Below, one piece after another: positions 50,304-59,472 of a DNA stretch of 64,000 nt. Under the pieces are notes generated by a model. It saw only the letters and a list, made by a program, of their open reading frames with translations. It was not told the DNA's origin and did no database searches. A program made the translations under genes and the position numbers. The number at the start of each line of letters is the position of its first letter. The first letter of the stretch is position 1. Origin of the DNA: an uncultured virus (IMG/VR IMGVR_UViG_3300042363_000251) (taxonomy: Duplodnaviria; Heunggongvirae; Uroviricota; Caudoviricetes); IMG/VR virus record IMGVR_UViG_3300042363_000251, one strand, 5' to 3'.

Positions 50304-50747
50304 TCATCGTGTTAAGCAATTATATTCTATTTCACAACCGTTTTCATTATCTTCGGCAACAGAGATTACTATTTTTCTCCCAGAATAACGAGTTGCAATT
50401 ACTTCGTACAAATCATCAGCAATCATTTCGCAACTTTTATGATTAAGTTCCAAAACACTATTCTTATACTGATTTTCTAACCAGCGTTTGAATTGGATAA
50501 ATTCAATATCTCGGTCATTATGGAAAACTTGAATAGCTACCTTAAAGTAGAAAATATGTCTATGAGGCCAACCTAAAAAGCTAACATCATACTCATCTTT
50601 AGTTTTTAGATTAGGATCAGTGCTAGCATCAGGATAACAATGAATACCTTCCTTTTGAAAAGTTACCCAAATCATACGAGTAGCCTTATTTTTGATTTGA
50701 TTTCTTTGTTCTATCATAGCTATTTCTCTTTGATTAACTGCACTCAT
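50304..50747 (-). CDS. Second QueD-like T-fold protein (candidate DpdL-type CDG decarboxylase)
   Basis: EGIH, HRHIF, RDIEF, SCEMIA, EDNENG. Confidence 0.55.
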   Translation of the reverse strand: MSAVNQREIAMIEQRNQIKNKATRMIWVTFQKEGIHCYPDASTDPNLKTKDEYDVSFLGWPHRHIFYFKVAIQVFHNDRDIEFIQFKRWLENQYKNSVLELNHKSCEMIADDLYEVIATRYSGRKIVISVAEDNENGCEIEYNCLTR

Positions 50748-50953
50748 CTATCATCACCGTAATCCAATCGTTCATGAGTTTCTTCCCATTCTTCTTTTAT
50801 AAGTCTAGACAGTTCCAAAGAGTACTCATTTTTTTGCTTTTGCATTTCAACAAGTTTTTGTTTATTGTAATTCTCGTCTTTCATAGCTGCTTGTATCAGA
50901 GTAGTAAGACGGTTAATATTTTCTCGCACAAACTGAATTCTACTTTTATTCAT
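50744..50953 (-). CDS. Small coiled-coil protein
   Basis: 69-aa ORF. Confidence 0.5.
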   Translation of the reverse strand: MNKSRIQFVRENINRLTTLIQAAMKDENYNKQKLVEMQKQKNEYSLELSRLIKEEWEETHERLDYGDDR

Positions 50954-50966
50954 ATCTTTTCTCTTG

Positions 50967-52523
50967 TTAACTAATACTAAATAAATCAGGATTACCCCAC
51001 TGCGGTAATACTTTCTTTTCTAACTTATCTATTACCATTTTATCATGAAGGTCATCACCCTCAAAATTATCCGTAAGTGTAGTCATGTTGTTTACTGCTT
51101 TCTTACCAGAAAAGCCCTGACTTCCTGACTGCATTTGCATCCAAAACTTGTTATACTGTTCAATAGTATCTAAACTTTCTTGTCTAGTTTTTTTACTAAA
51201 GATTTCATCTACGATGTCATTAAAGTGTTTGGGTTCAAACTTGTTCATAATCATTTTTGGCATAATGCCCTGCTCGTACCTACGATTAGCTTCTTGAACA
51301 GCATAGATGTGTTGATACACATTATGGGCTTGAACTAGTGTATAACTCAAAGTATCCCAACTTGTTTTAGTTTCTTTACCATGCTGTCCCAAAAAGCCAT
51401 GACCCCTATAACACAAGTCCTTAATAAGCATTTTATCAGTTACAGGAGAATCAGTAAATATTTTATGGATGCCGTCAGCTAAAACTGCGTCACTAAACTT
51501 TCTATTATCTGTATCATAGTTTTTATTTTCAGCAGTTTTTTCCATTGAATAGGACCATTTCTTATCATGTTCAATAGAATTATTAAAGTAAACCAAACCT
51601 TTTGCTGCTGCGAAAAACGGGCTAGCACAGTCAAATGTAATTTGCAAGTTTGGATTGTGATACTTTCTAACTGCACGTTGAATGTCAGTAAACAGAACCG
51701 CATACTCTAAGATACTAGTACCCAAACAGTGAATAAGATCGTGTTTACCTGTTTCTAGTAATCCATCGTAAATCATGTTTACTATACGTTTGAGCATCAA
51801 GTGAATGTCAATTTTATTCTGACCACCAAACGCCCAACCGTTAAAGTGATTAGTTGGATATACTTTTGGATCACAGTACTTTTTCATTTCAGCATACCAT
51901 TCATCACTTTGAGTATGAGTTAATCCTTGAAGTACGTTTAATAACTTACATTCGCCTGTTCTGTTATTGATAAAATACTCATTGTTGATATGAGTAGCTG
52001 CAACAGCTTGTTCTATTGTAGAAATACCGTGCTTGTCAAGTAAGTGTTTGTTTCTAAGAGTTTGAGTAGGAACGTCAAGACACATACCATAGTCCATATA
52101 AGTATCCATCCATTTTAGTACTAGTTGACGCTGCTTCATAGCTTTAGGACAGTTAGGATCTTTCCAATCAGCTGGCCATTGCCCCTTCATAATCTGAAAT
52201 CCACCTGAGTCGCCTAACATGAAAGTACCCTTTTCACGCTTTCTGATAATTGACTCACTTGGATCATCTTTAGTAATGTCTAGATTAGCGTGACCTGCAG
52301 AATACAAGCCCCATTTGTACTTGTACAAACCCTGAGTAGAGTTCAAGAAGTTAAGTGGTTCTACGTCACCATTAAACCCTTGAGGAATTCTAGCAGCATC
52401 AAAGTACTGCTCACCTTCTCGTTGTTTGCCTAATCCTGCGATAAAGAATGAAGACACTGCCGGTAAGAACAGTGCCCATTCTGGATTGTGTGCGTTAGTA
52501 AGATTATGCTGGATCTGATCCAT
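50967..52523 (-). CDS. dpdA: TGT-family DNA deazaguanine transglycosylase (DpdA-like)
   Basis: DSGGFQ, LDVP, VLQG, GWAFGG, HCLG, FDCASP, HN; genomic context with folE/queD/queE. Confidence 0.8.
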   Translation of the reverse strand: MDQIQHNLTNAHNPEWALFLPAVSSFFIAGLGKQREGEQYFDAARIPQGFNGDVEPLNFLNSTQGLYKYKWGLYSAGHANLDITKDDPSESIIRKREKGTFMLGDSGGFQIMKGQWPADWKDPNCPKAMKQRQLVLKWMDTYMDYGMCLDVPTQTLRNKHLLDKHGISTIEQAVAATHINNEYFINNRTGECKLLNVLQGLTHTQSDEWYAEMKKYCDPKVYPTNHFNGWAFGGQNKIDIHLMLKRIVNMIYDGLLETGKHDLIHCLGTSILEYAVLFTDIQRAVRKYHNPNLQITFDCASPFFAAAKGLVYFNNSIEHDKKWSYSMEKTAENKNYDTDNRKFSDAVLADGIHKIFTDSPVTDKMLIKDLCYRGHGFLGQHGKETKTSWDTLSYTLVQAHNVYQHIYAVQEANRRYEQGIMPKMIMNKFEPKHFNDIVDEIFSKKTRQESLDTIEQYNKFWMQMQSGSQGFSGKKAVNNMTTLTDNFEGDDLHDKMVIDKLEKKVLPQWGNPDLFSIS

Positions 52524-52859
52524 TATTGTCCTTTAGTAGTATTTTTACTATCTGTATCTTTTCTTCAATATCAGCTTTTTGTTTTAAAAGATCAGCAAAA
52601 GTGGGATTGTCTTTTAATTTTTCTATTGCTTTTTCTTCTGCCATTTTTTACTGGCCCAGTCCATAATCATTCGTGTGTTATAGTCAATATCTATATTAAC
52701 TGTAGATGATATTTTATACCAAGACGAACCATCGTAAACTTCCATATCTGTCCCGTTATATCTAACCATGCCAGCACTATGATTATTCAAACTTACATAC
52801 GGGCCTGAAGAGCCGCCAGTACTTAATAATCCCAAACCTGTTGCTATCTTTGTAATCAT
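52504..52859 (-). CDS. Hypothetical protein apparently split by a frameshift at an A6 run
   Basis: Frame stops at 52623; the -1 frame continues MAEEKAIEKLKDNPTFADLL...DPA* to 52504. Confidence 0.5.
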
Positions 52860-53590
52860 TTTGACATTGCAGGAAGAATGTAAGAGTACACAGCTAAGCC
52901 TGAATCTACTGTGATTTCAGCAGCACCCTGATCAGAGATTTTAACTGTTTTATCGCCGGGCAAGTCCATGATAGAAAGAAACACTTTTACAGGCCATTGC
53001 CAAGCTTTGGTCATAGTACCAGTTACACCTGCATGAAACACAAAGTTACCTGAGTGAGTAGAAGGATCACCAAAATAAATTTTCAAGTTTCCGCTTTCTG
53101 TTTTAGTTGAAAACGTTACTTCTTCACTGTTAGCAGAAGCTTGCATTTTCAAACGCATAATACCAGCTACTGTGGGTTCAAATTCTACGTTCCAAGCTGC
53201 ACCCTTAAATGTAACAGTTTTTACTTTGCTTTCTACAATTTCTTTAGACATAAGTCTGTAATCATTTACAAAGTCGTTATTCTTTGTAGCAAAGTGAATA
53301 GTAGTAGGAACGTCTTCACTATCTCTTGTTTCTCTAACAACACTGATAGAAGCATTTTCGTCATACTCAGCTTCAAAACCTAAAATAGTTTTAAGCTTGC
53401 CTAGATTGGGCATACCAAAAGTACCAATAGCATCAGCGATTGGATGCTTAAAAGTGCCACTGATAATAACGGTCTTATCTTCTGCCATTGCTTCGATCTT
53501 AGTAACTTGATCAGTGCCTGTTACTTTTACTAACTCCACTACTCCCAAGCCATGTGTATGCTGGATCAAATCTTGTAAAAAATCTTTCAT
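52856..53590 (-). CDS. Putative sliding clamp (gp45-like)
   Basis: 244 aa, two-repeat beta-rich pattern, directly downstream of PolB; both sigma70 and TAAATA promoters upstream. Confidence 0.6.
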   Translation of the reverse strand: MKDFLQDLIQHTHGLGVVELVKVTGTDQVTKIEAMAEDKTVIISGTFKHPIADAIGTFGMPNLGKLKTILGFEAEYDENASISVVRETRDSEDVPTTIHFATKNNDFVNDYRLMSKEIVESKVKTVTFKGAAWNVEFEPTVAGIMRLKMQASANSEEVTFSTKTESGNLKIYFGDPSTHSGNFVFHAGVTGTMTKAWQWPVKVFLSIMDLPGDKTVKISDQGAAEITVDSGLAVYSYILPAMSK

Positions 53591-53671
53591 TTTATTTCCT
53601 CTTGTATGAAATTATTTAGGTATTTCTATTATGTATAATATAGGATTTTATTGCGTTTGTCAACTGTTCGT

Positions 53672-56374
53672 TCAACCAAAAGAAAACAAACTATCAAATG
53701 TAGTATTTGTGTCTGTGTTACTTTTCAAGTCCCAGTTTAGTACACCTAATAGGTTTTCAATCTTTTTATCTACTAGTGTAGTTTCCATTAATGAGTCATC
53801 AAACGGTAATTGTTTGAACCAATCTGGAAGTCTAAGCTCATCTGTAGGATAAGCAATGGAAGTGAATCCTAACGGATTGGTTTTAAGCTTACACACAACA
53901 ACTTTCATACCATCTAAAATAGTCATAGAATAATTGTCGCTATGTGCCTTTTTAAGAAAGTTCCAATTGATAGCTGCACGAACATGCCCCGGCATAGTAG
54001 CCTTACCTTTTTTACTTCTAGCTTCTAGTTCGCCGTAAAAAGTAAGCTTGTTTACTGACTTAGGAGAACCCTTAGTCCAACTAGGCTGTTCGGATAGTTC
54101 TCGCTTAAAATCTTTGATACGTTCTATAATATCTTCTTTGGACTTATTGCTTAGAACCATAGTAAGAACGTCTAGTAAAAACTTTTGAATATATTTAGGC
54201 GTATCTGATCTTTTTAGTTCAAGACCCATAGCTTTAATATCACCCGTTTTACCATTTACGTCTTTACGCTTGCCTTCTTTGTCATAGATATTTACCGCAT
54301 AACGCTTTTTCTTGATAAACAAGCCCACGTCACCTATGATTTCTCTGCCACCTTTAATGATAGCACCGTTCTTTCTTGGACAATGACATGCACGTTCCAT
54401 GAACCCGGGAAAGCTATCGTTAACTTGATCAGCAATATTATCATATAATTGGACAACTAGTTCTTTGTTCCATTCCATCTTACCTGCGTTAACTTCTTGC
54501 TCAATAATAGGCCAAGCTGAAAAATAACCTGAGTCGGTATCAGAGTATATCATAGATTCGCCTTCATGATTGTAAGCACCTGTTATAATCTCATTGATCT
54601 GAGAATTCATGTGCTTAACAATTTGTCTACCAGTTAAAGTAACTGACTGACCCAATCGTTTGTCATAGAACCTACAGTGTTCATTTAAGAGTGCACCATA
54701 AGCAGAGTTAAGCAAAATCTTTCTTACCAACTGTCGCTTGTCATAATACTCTTTATCTGTTTCAGTAGTAGCTTCTTTTAGTTTTTTCTGCAAGTCTTTA
54801 CGTTCAGCATACCAACGAGTAAGTAGACCGGGAATAACACCTTCTTGATCACTTCTAAATATAGTACCATTAGCTGATAACATATACGGACTGTGTGAAT
54901 CAAAAATCATTTTCCATATTTCAGCAGCAGACATTTCTTGTGATCTACCATCTTCAAAGTCAACAATAAGCATTGTGCCGCGTTCTTGATTCATTACTGA
55001 AGTATATTCTAGTGAACCAAACAATCCTTCCCAAAGCAATGAACTCATGTCAAGTTCATCATCTTCGTCATAGTTTCGCTTTTCTTTAGCTAGTTCCATT
55101 GCTCTATCGTGTAAGAACTTTTCAGTATGTGTTTGTCTAATTTGCCCTACAATTGTTTCTGGGGCCATGTTCAAAGCACGAATTGTTGAAGGATACAGTG
55201 AGTTAATATCTATAGCTCCCACCCAGTAATGCAATCCTTTCTTTGGTTGGGCAACATAAGCACCAGCAGCAGCCATTTCGCCTGAATGACCTCTTTGCTT
55301 ATCTGGCACGATAAGACCTCTAGCATGTGCTTCATTATAGATAGCCATTTCAATCATAGCTACTGAACCCATTACTGTTGGTAACAATACTGTATTTTCG
55401 TGTGCTAGTTGATTAGCCAACTCTAAGAATTTTAGCTTGTTGTGAATCTTTACTACAAGCATAGTGTCTTGGCGGTTATATCTAATGAATTCTTTGAAGT
55501 CACGATTGTATAGTTGATCTAGTGTGCCTTCATATGGAGTTTTTGTTTCACCAACTTCCATTTCCCCGATAGCATCTAACGAGTAACTGTGTCTGGATTC
55601 ATAGTTGTACTTTTTATACAACTGAAGATAGTCCATATGAATTCTACCTACTAAGTCATATGTTTGTTCTTCTTTACCAAATCGTTCGTAAGTTCTTGGT
55701 TTAGGTAATTGCCCCATTAAACAGAACTTTCTAGTATCATCTTTACTCATGATCTTAGTTACTCTGTTTACTATATATGGAATATCAAATCCTTCTGAGT
55801 TCCATCCTGTTAACACATCAGCATCTTCAATTATTTGAAAGAAAGTTTCAAACATTTCTATTTCACTACGAAACAAAAAAGTGTTTGGAAATTCTGCTAC
55901 TAGCTCTTGTGCTGTTTCGTCTGTTATGTGTTTAGGTGGAATAGCCAAACATATAAGTTGATCTAACCAATCCAAGTACAATGCAATTGCTGTCACTGGA
56001 CTAAAAGGATCACTAGTAGGCGCGTATCCGCGTTCTGGGGAAAAATCAACCTCAATGTCAAAAAACGCTGTGTGAAGTTTTGGAGCTTCTACACCTAAAT
56101 AGTTGTCAGATAAACATCTAAAAACAGTGTTAACATCGCTTTCAAATAACTTCTTACCCGAGTGTATACGCTTTTCTTTTTCAAATTCGCTTTTCTTTCT
56201 AGTAGAAAACCTACTTAAAGAGTCACGATAGATAGAACGATACTTGCCTTTAGAGTCGGGATAATAAAATACATAGTTAGCAGGGAACTCCTGATAGCTT
56301 CTAGTGCCATCAGAAGTTCTTTCTATCACATGTATGCGATCATTTTTTGCATCATTGATTGCATCAACATACAT
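53672..56374 (-). CDS. Family B DNA polymerase
   Basis: Exo DIE/NSEGFD/YNRQD; DINSLYPS, KILLNSAYG, YSDTDS, KKRYA; C-terminal clamp-binding-like TFDSLF. Confidence 0.97.
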   Translation of the reverse strand: MYVDAINDAKNDRIHVIERTSDGTRSYQEFPANYVFYYPDSKGKYRSIYRDSLSRFSTRKKSEFEKEKRIHSGKKLFESDVNTVFRCLSDNYLGVEAPKLHTAFFDIEVDFSPERGYAPTSDPFSPVTAIALYLDWLDQLICLAIPPKHITDETAQELVAEFPNTFLFRSEIEMFETFFQIIEDADVLTGWNSEGFDIPYIVNRVTKIMSKDDTRKFCLMGQLPKPRTYERFGKEEQTYDLVGRIHMDYLQLYKKYNYESRHSYSLDAIGEMEVGETKTPYEGTLDQLYNRDFKEFIRYNRQDTMLVVKIHNKLKFLELANQLAHENTVLLPTVMGSVAMIEMAIYNEAHARGLIVPDKQRGHSGEMAAAGAYVAQPKKGLHYWVGAIDINSLYPSTIRALNMAPETIVGQIRQTHTEKFLHDRAMELAKEKRNYDEDDELDMSSLLWEGLFGSLEYTSVMNQERGTMLIVDFEDGRSQEMSAAEIWKMIFDSHSPYMLSANGTIFRSDQEGVIPGLLTRWYAERKDLQKKLKEATTETDKEYYDKRQLVRKILLNSAYGALLNEHCRFYDKRLGQSVTLTGRQIVKHMNSQINEIITGAYNHEGESMIYSDTDSGYFSAWPIIEQEVNAGKMEWNKELVVQLYDNIADQVNDSFPGFMERACHCPRKNGAIIKGGREIIGDVGLFIKKKRYAVNIYDKEGKRKDVNGKTGDIKAMGLELKRSDTPKYIQKFLLDVLTMVLSNKSKEDIIERIKDFKRELSEQPSWTKGSPKSVNKLTFYGELEARSKKGKATMPGHVRAAINWNFLKKAHSDNYSMTILDGMKVVVCKLKTNPLGFTSIAYPTDELRLPDWFKQLPFDDSLMETTLVDKKIENLLGVLNWDLKSNTDTNTTFDSLFSFG

Positions 56375-56375
56375 A

Positions 56376-56639
56376 TTACTGGACCCTGCCAACAGTCTCC
56401 AGAATCGTGTTTAAATCTTCATGATCTTGATTAGTTTGTGTAAGTGATGACTTGTATGCAGTCTTTACTGCCCGTTTTAGTACGGATGGCTTGATATCTA
56501 GCTCTTCTGCAATAGCTTTTATCGTATCCGATAATCCGCCGTTAAGCGTTTCTATCTCATTTAATACTGAAAGACCCTCATTTATAATCTGGGTCAATTT
56601 AGTTTTTTCGTCTTGATTAAATACTCTACCGTTTGACAT
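56376..56639 (-). CDS. T4 DsbA/GapR-like dsDNA-binding protein
   Basis: 87-aa helical protein, IKAIAEELDIKPSVLKRAVKTAYK. Confidence 0.55.
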   Translation of the reverse strand: MSNGRVFNQDEKTKLTQIINEGLSVLNEIETLNGGLSDTIKAIAEELDIKPSVLKRAVKTAYKSSLTQTNQDHEDLNTILETVGRVQ

Positions 56640-56745
56640 ATGATCTCCTGTTGTTGTGTAGTATATATGTGTGAATTCTGTAGGACAGAATTTTTCTTAG
56701 ACTGTTAGTATAGTCTAAATTATTGAATTATCAATCTAATTGGTA

Positions 56746-57270
56746 TTATTCAAAGATATGTGGGTTGGCAGCACCGTATATTTTTATTAGTTTGCCAGCC
56801 ATCATGTCAGCCATTGCTTCTATCGGTGATCCCGGATAACTTGAATCGGGTTTAATCATATCTAGGTCGTGTTGTTTTACATGTACTAGTTCGTGGAAGG
56901 TAGTTCTTAAAATATCTACTAAGTTTCTGTTTTTAGCATAAATCCAAATCTTACCTGATCCAGGTACGTGTCCACCAGTATGATGATTGCCTTGCGCTTC
57001 ATCAGTATCCATGCTTAGTTCAATTGCGGGTATTTTTGTGATGTTAAGTTTTTTACAAATCCATTCTACTGCTTTAGCTACTTCAGCAGCTTTGTTATCA
57101 TCAATTTCTTCATCCAAGCTTTGTATTGCTTTTTTAGCTATATTTCTTTCTTTTTTAGCATTTTTTACAAGTTTATCTAGAACACTGTATCTATGTTTAT
57201 CTAAGGTAGGCAAACCGTATGCTGGATTTTCTTGAACTGTATTTTCTATAATAAACTCTTTTGCTCTCAT
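56746..57270 (-). CDS. Zincin-like metallopeptidase, putative head-internal
   Basis: RTTFHELVH...EAMAD; N-terminus MRAKEFIIEN. Confidence 0.7.
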   Translation of the reverse strand: MRAKEFIIENTVQENPAYGLPTLDKHRYSVLDKLVKNAKKERNIAKKAIQSLDEEIDDNKAAEVAKAVEWICKKLNITKIPAIELSMDTDEAQGNHHTGGHVPGSGKIWIYAKNRNLVDILRTTFHELVHVKQHDLDMIKPDSSYPGSPIEAMADMMAGKLIKIYGAANPHIFE

Positions 57271-57285
57271 AATAACTCAGTATTT

Positions 57286-57370
57286 GGTGCTACACTTTGA
57301 CTTATGGGGTAGCGAATCCTTCAGTCGCGTAGTAGCTCACGCACATAACCCCAACGGTCCCTGGGTATGT
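57286..57370 (-). ncRNA. Candidate structured intergenic RNA
   Basis: GC-richer than flanks; hairpin CCCAG-GGACCG-UUGGG, then nested GCUAC/GUAGC, GACU/AGUC and GG-AUUCGCUA-CC. Confidence 0.4.
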
Positions 57371-57559
57371 TCACTTCATTTCTTTAATCGTACCAATAAC
57401 AGCATCAGTAATGCCATATTGTTGTTTCATTAATTGCCTAGCCATAAACAAGTTTTGCGCAGTTACAGTAACATCCATATTACCAGTATAACCCGGTTGC
57501 TTTACAAACACCCGGGCAATGTACATTTTATATGGTTGTACAACGTCTGCTACTTTCAT
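57371..57559 (-). CDS. Small hypothetical protein
   Basis: 62-aa ORF MKVADVV. Confidence 0.55.
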   Translation of the reverse strand: MKVADVVQPYKMYIARVFVKQPGYTGNMDVTVTAQNLFMARQLMKQQYGITDAVIGTIKEMK

Positions 57560-58110
57560 TAATTATAATAAGTGGGGCCGCCACTTTTGCTAGGTGCCAT
57601 ATTATCATAAGGTGATTTTGGTCTTGCTTGTCCCTTAAAGAACTTAACAATTTTATCAAAACCTTCTTTGTTTTGGCCACCAACATTTTGCATAGTTTCT
57701 TTATTTGCCGGCATAACTGTTTCATACTTGCGCAAAAACAAGTTAATATCTTCTACCGGTAATTTAGCTTTAGAGCCATCTTTAAAACTAATAGCATAGT
57801 TTCCATCAACGTCAAGTGCTGACCGTAGTTGCATAACCAAGTGCTTTACTTTGTCTTGATCGGCATCAGCAACCGGTTCGTCTTCATCCCAATCGTCAAT
57901 TTCTCTGTTTTTTGCTTCGTTAGTAGGAGTGTGCGTAACATCAGCTAAGTAAACAGCAATACCAGCAGTAGACTTCAAGCCCCACTTTTCAGCAGCTTTT
58001 TTAGCAGCGCCATAGCTTGAACTAGCAGTACATTCATACGTACCTTTTTTAACATGAACACACACGTAAGGGCGTTCTGCGTTTTCTAATAAAACTTCTT
58101 GGATTTTCAT
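57559..58110 (-). CDS. Hypothetical two-module putative head-internal protein
   Basis: MKIQEVLLE|N; internal PTNE|A; TAAATA 58134-58139. Confidence 0.6.
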   Translation of the reverse strand: MKIQEVLLENAERPYVCVHVKKGTYECTASSSYGAAKKAAEKWGLKSTAGIAVYLADVTHTPTNEAKNREIDDWDEDEPVADADQDKVKHLVMQLRSALDVDGNYAISFKDGSKAKLPVEDINLFLRKYETVMPANKETMQNVGGQNKEGFDKIVKFFKGQARPKSPYDNMAPSKSGGPTYYN

Positions 58111-58136
58111 ATTAAGTTCCTTTATTAATTTAGTAT

Positions 58137-58580
58137 TTATGCTCTATCTGTTTTTAATGTGCTGTTTAACTGCCAAGACCATTTTTCATGTGCATCTAGT
58201 CTTTCAGCTAAAAAGTTCATAATACCTTGTTTGTTCTCTTGCTCTGCGGATTTGAAGCAAGTATTCAAAAGATCAATAAGTTTTAAATTGTCTTGATAAA
58301 TTTCAGCTATCATTAATTGGGCACGGGGTATCTTTAGCTGATCTTCTATTATACACAGTTCTGCCATTCGTGTAAAGCTTCCGGGAGCGTAACTGCCCAA
58401 AGTTCTTACATATTCTGCTGTTTGGTCAATGGCATTGTCAAACACATCTTCATAGATTTTCCCAAAAAACTTGTGATATTGGGGAAAGTCTGGTCCCTCT
58501 ACATTCCAATGAAAATTTTGGGCTTTTATAGCAAAGCCATAACAACTTGCTAATAATACTTTTAAATCATCTGATAACAT
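58137..58580 (-). CDS. dps: Dps ferritin-like protein
   Basis: FHWNVEGPDFPQYHKFF, DQTAEYVRTLG, HEKWSWQL. Confidence 0.92.
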   Translation of the reverse strand: MLSDDLKVLLASCYGFAIKAQNFHWNVEGPDFPQYHKFFGKIYEDVFDNAIDQTAEYVRTLGSYAPGSFTRMAELCIIEDQLKIPRAQLMIAEIYQDNLKLIDLLNTCFKSAEQENKQGIMNFLAERLDAHEKWSWQLNSTLKTDRA

Positions 58581-58582
58581 TT

Positions 58583-58972
58583 TTATTCCTCAATATCGTC
58601 TAAGTTTATAAACTTAATAGGTTGTTTACTTTTTACTGCTGCTAACGCTCTGTGATTACCATCAATAATTCTACCGTCAGCAATAACGATTATTTGATTT
58701 GCAAGATTTTGTTTAGCATATGTTTTGACTAACTTCTGTTGATAGCTGTCCATGATATCATATAACTCATCTACGTGTTCTATTCTGTACTGTCCTTTTA
58801 GTAATATTTCTAATTTATAAGGTTGCATAGTTTGAATTTCATGTTGAGTATTCAATTCACTATTAGTAACATATTCCCAAAAAGCTTCGTCACGATCGGG
58901 GAAATCATTTTGATAAACTTGATTTAAAGAAGTAGTATCTTCTTTAAGAGTTATGAATTCGCGGGCTCTCAT
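58583..58972 (-). CDS. ParB/Srx-like domain protein, putative head-internal
   Basis: IIDGNHRALAA; N-terminus MRAREFITLKE. Confidence 0.7.
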   Translation of the reverse strand: MRAREFITLKEDTTSLNQVYQNDFPDRDEAFWEYVTNSELNTQHEIQTMQPYKLEILLKGQYRIEHVDELYDIMDSYQQKLVKTYAKQNLANQIIVIADGRIIDGNHRALAAVKSKQPIKFINLDDIEE

Positions 58973-59472
58973 TTCTTATCTCTAGTACTCTTAGTAGGCA
59001 CGTTCTTTGCCTTACCTTGTCTTTCAGGATTTGGATCTTGTCTACGCTTTCTGCTAGCAGCACTTGCTCTACCTTTTTTACCTAAAGACTGTGCTTTCTT
59101 TTGCGGTAAGCATTTTGGCTTACCTTCACCTTCACTGCCCCTAGCACATGAGCCTCTGATTTTACCGTCAGGACCAAATCTAACCCACTTTTCTTTAAAC
59201 CATTTACGCAAGTCTTCTTCTAGTTGTTCTTCGCTAGTTTCATCTATACTTTCTTTTGGCACACAGTTAGGAACCATTTTGCCACTTTTCTTTTTCATAC
59301 CCACTTGTTTGTATGTATCCCAACATGCTTCATCAAGCTGGTCAACTTCTTCATCAGTCTTTTTTCTGCCCTGACAATGTGCTTTTTGGCTAAAGCCTTT
59401 TGGATTACTACAGTTGATAGAGCGTTTATATTTCTCGCTCCAAGCTTCTGTTATAAACTCACCAGCTCTCAT
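58969..59472 (-). CDS. Basic three-module two-Cys protein, putative head-internal
   Basis: MRAGEFITE|A; modules separated by LDE|A and LEE|D. Confidence 0.65.
   Translation of the reverse strand: MRAGEFITEAWSEKYKRSINCSNPKGFSQKAHCQGRKKTDEEVDQLDEACWDTYKQVGMKKKSGKMVPNCVPKESIDETSEEQLEEDLRKWFKEKWVRFGPDGKIRGSCARGSEGEGKPKCLPQKKAQSLGKKGRASAASRKRRQDPNPERQGKAKNVPTKSTRDKK

Noticed and set aside
53672..56374. Intein or intron in PolB
   Set aside because: Length about 900 aa with contiguous motifs; no splice motifs or homing endonuclease
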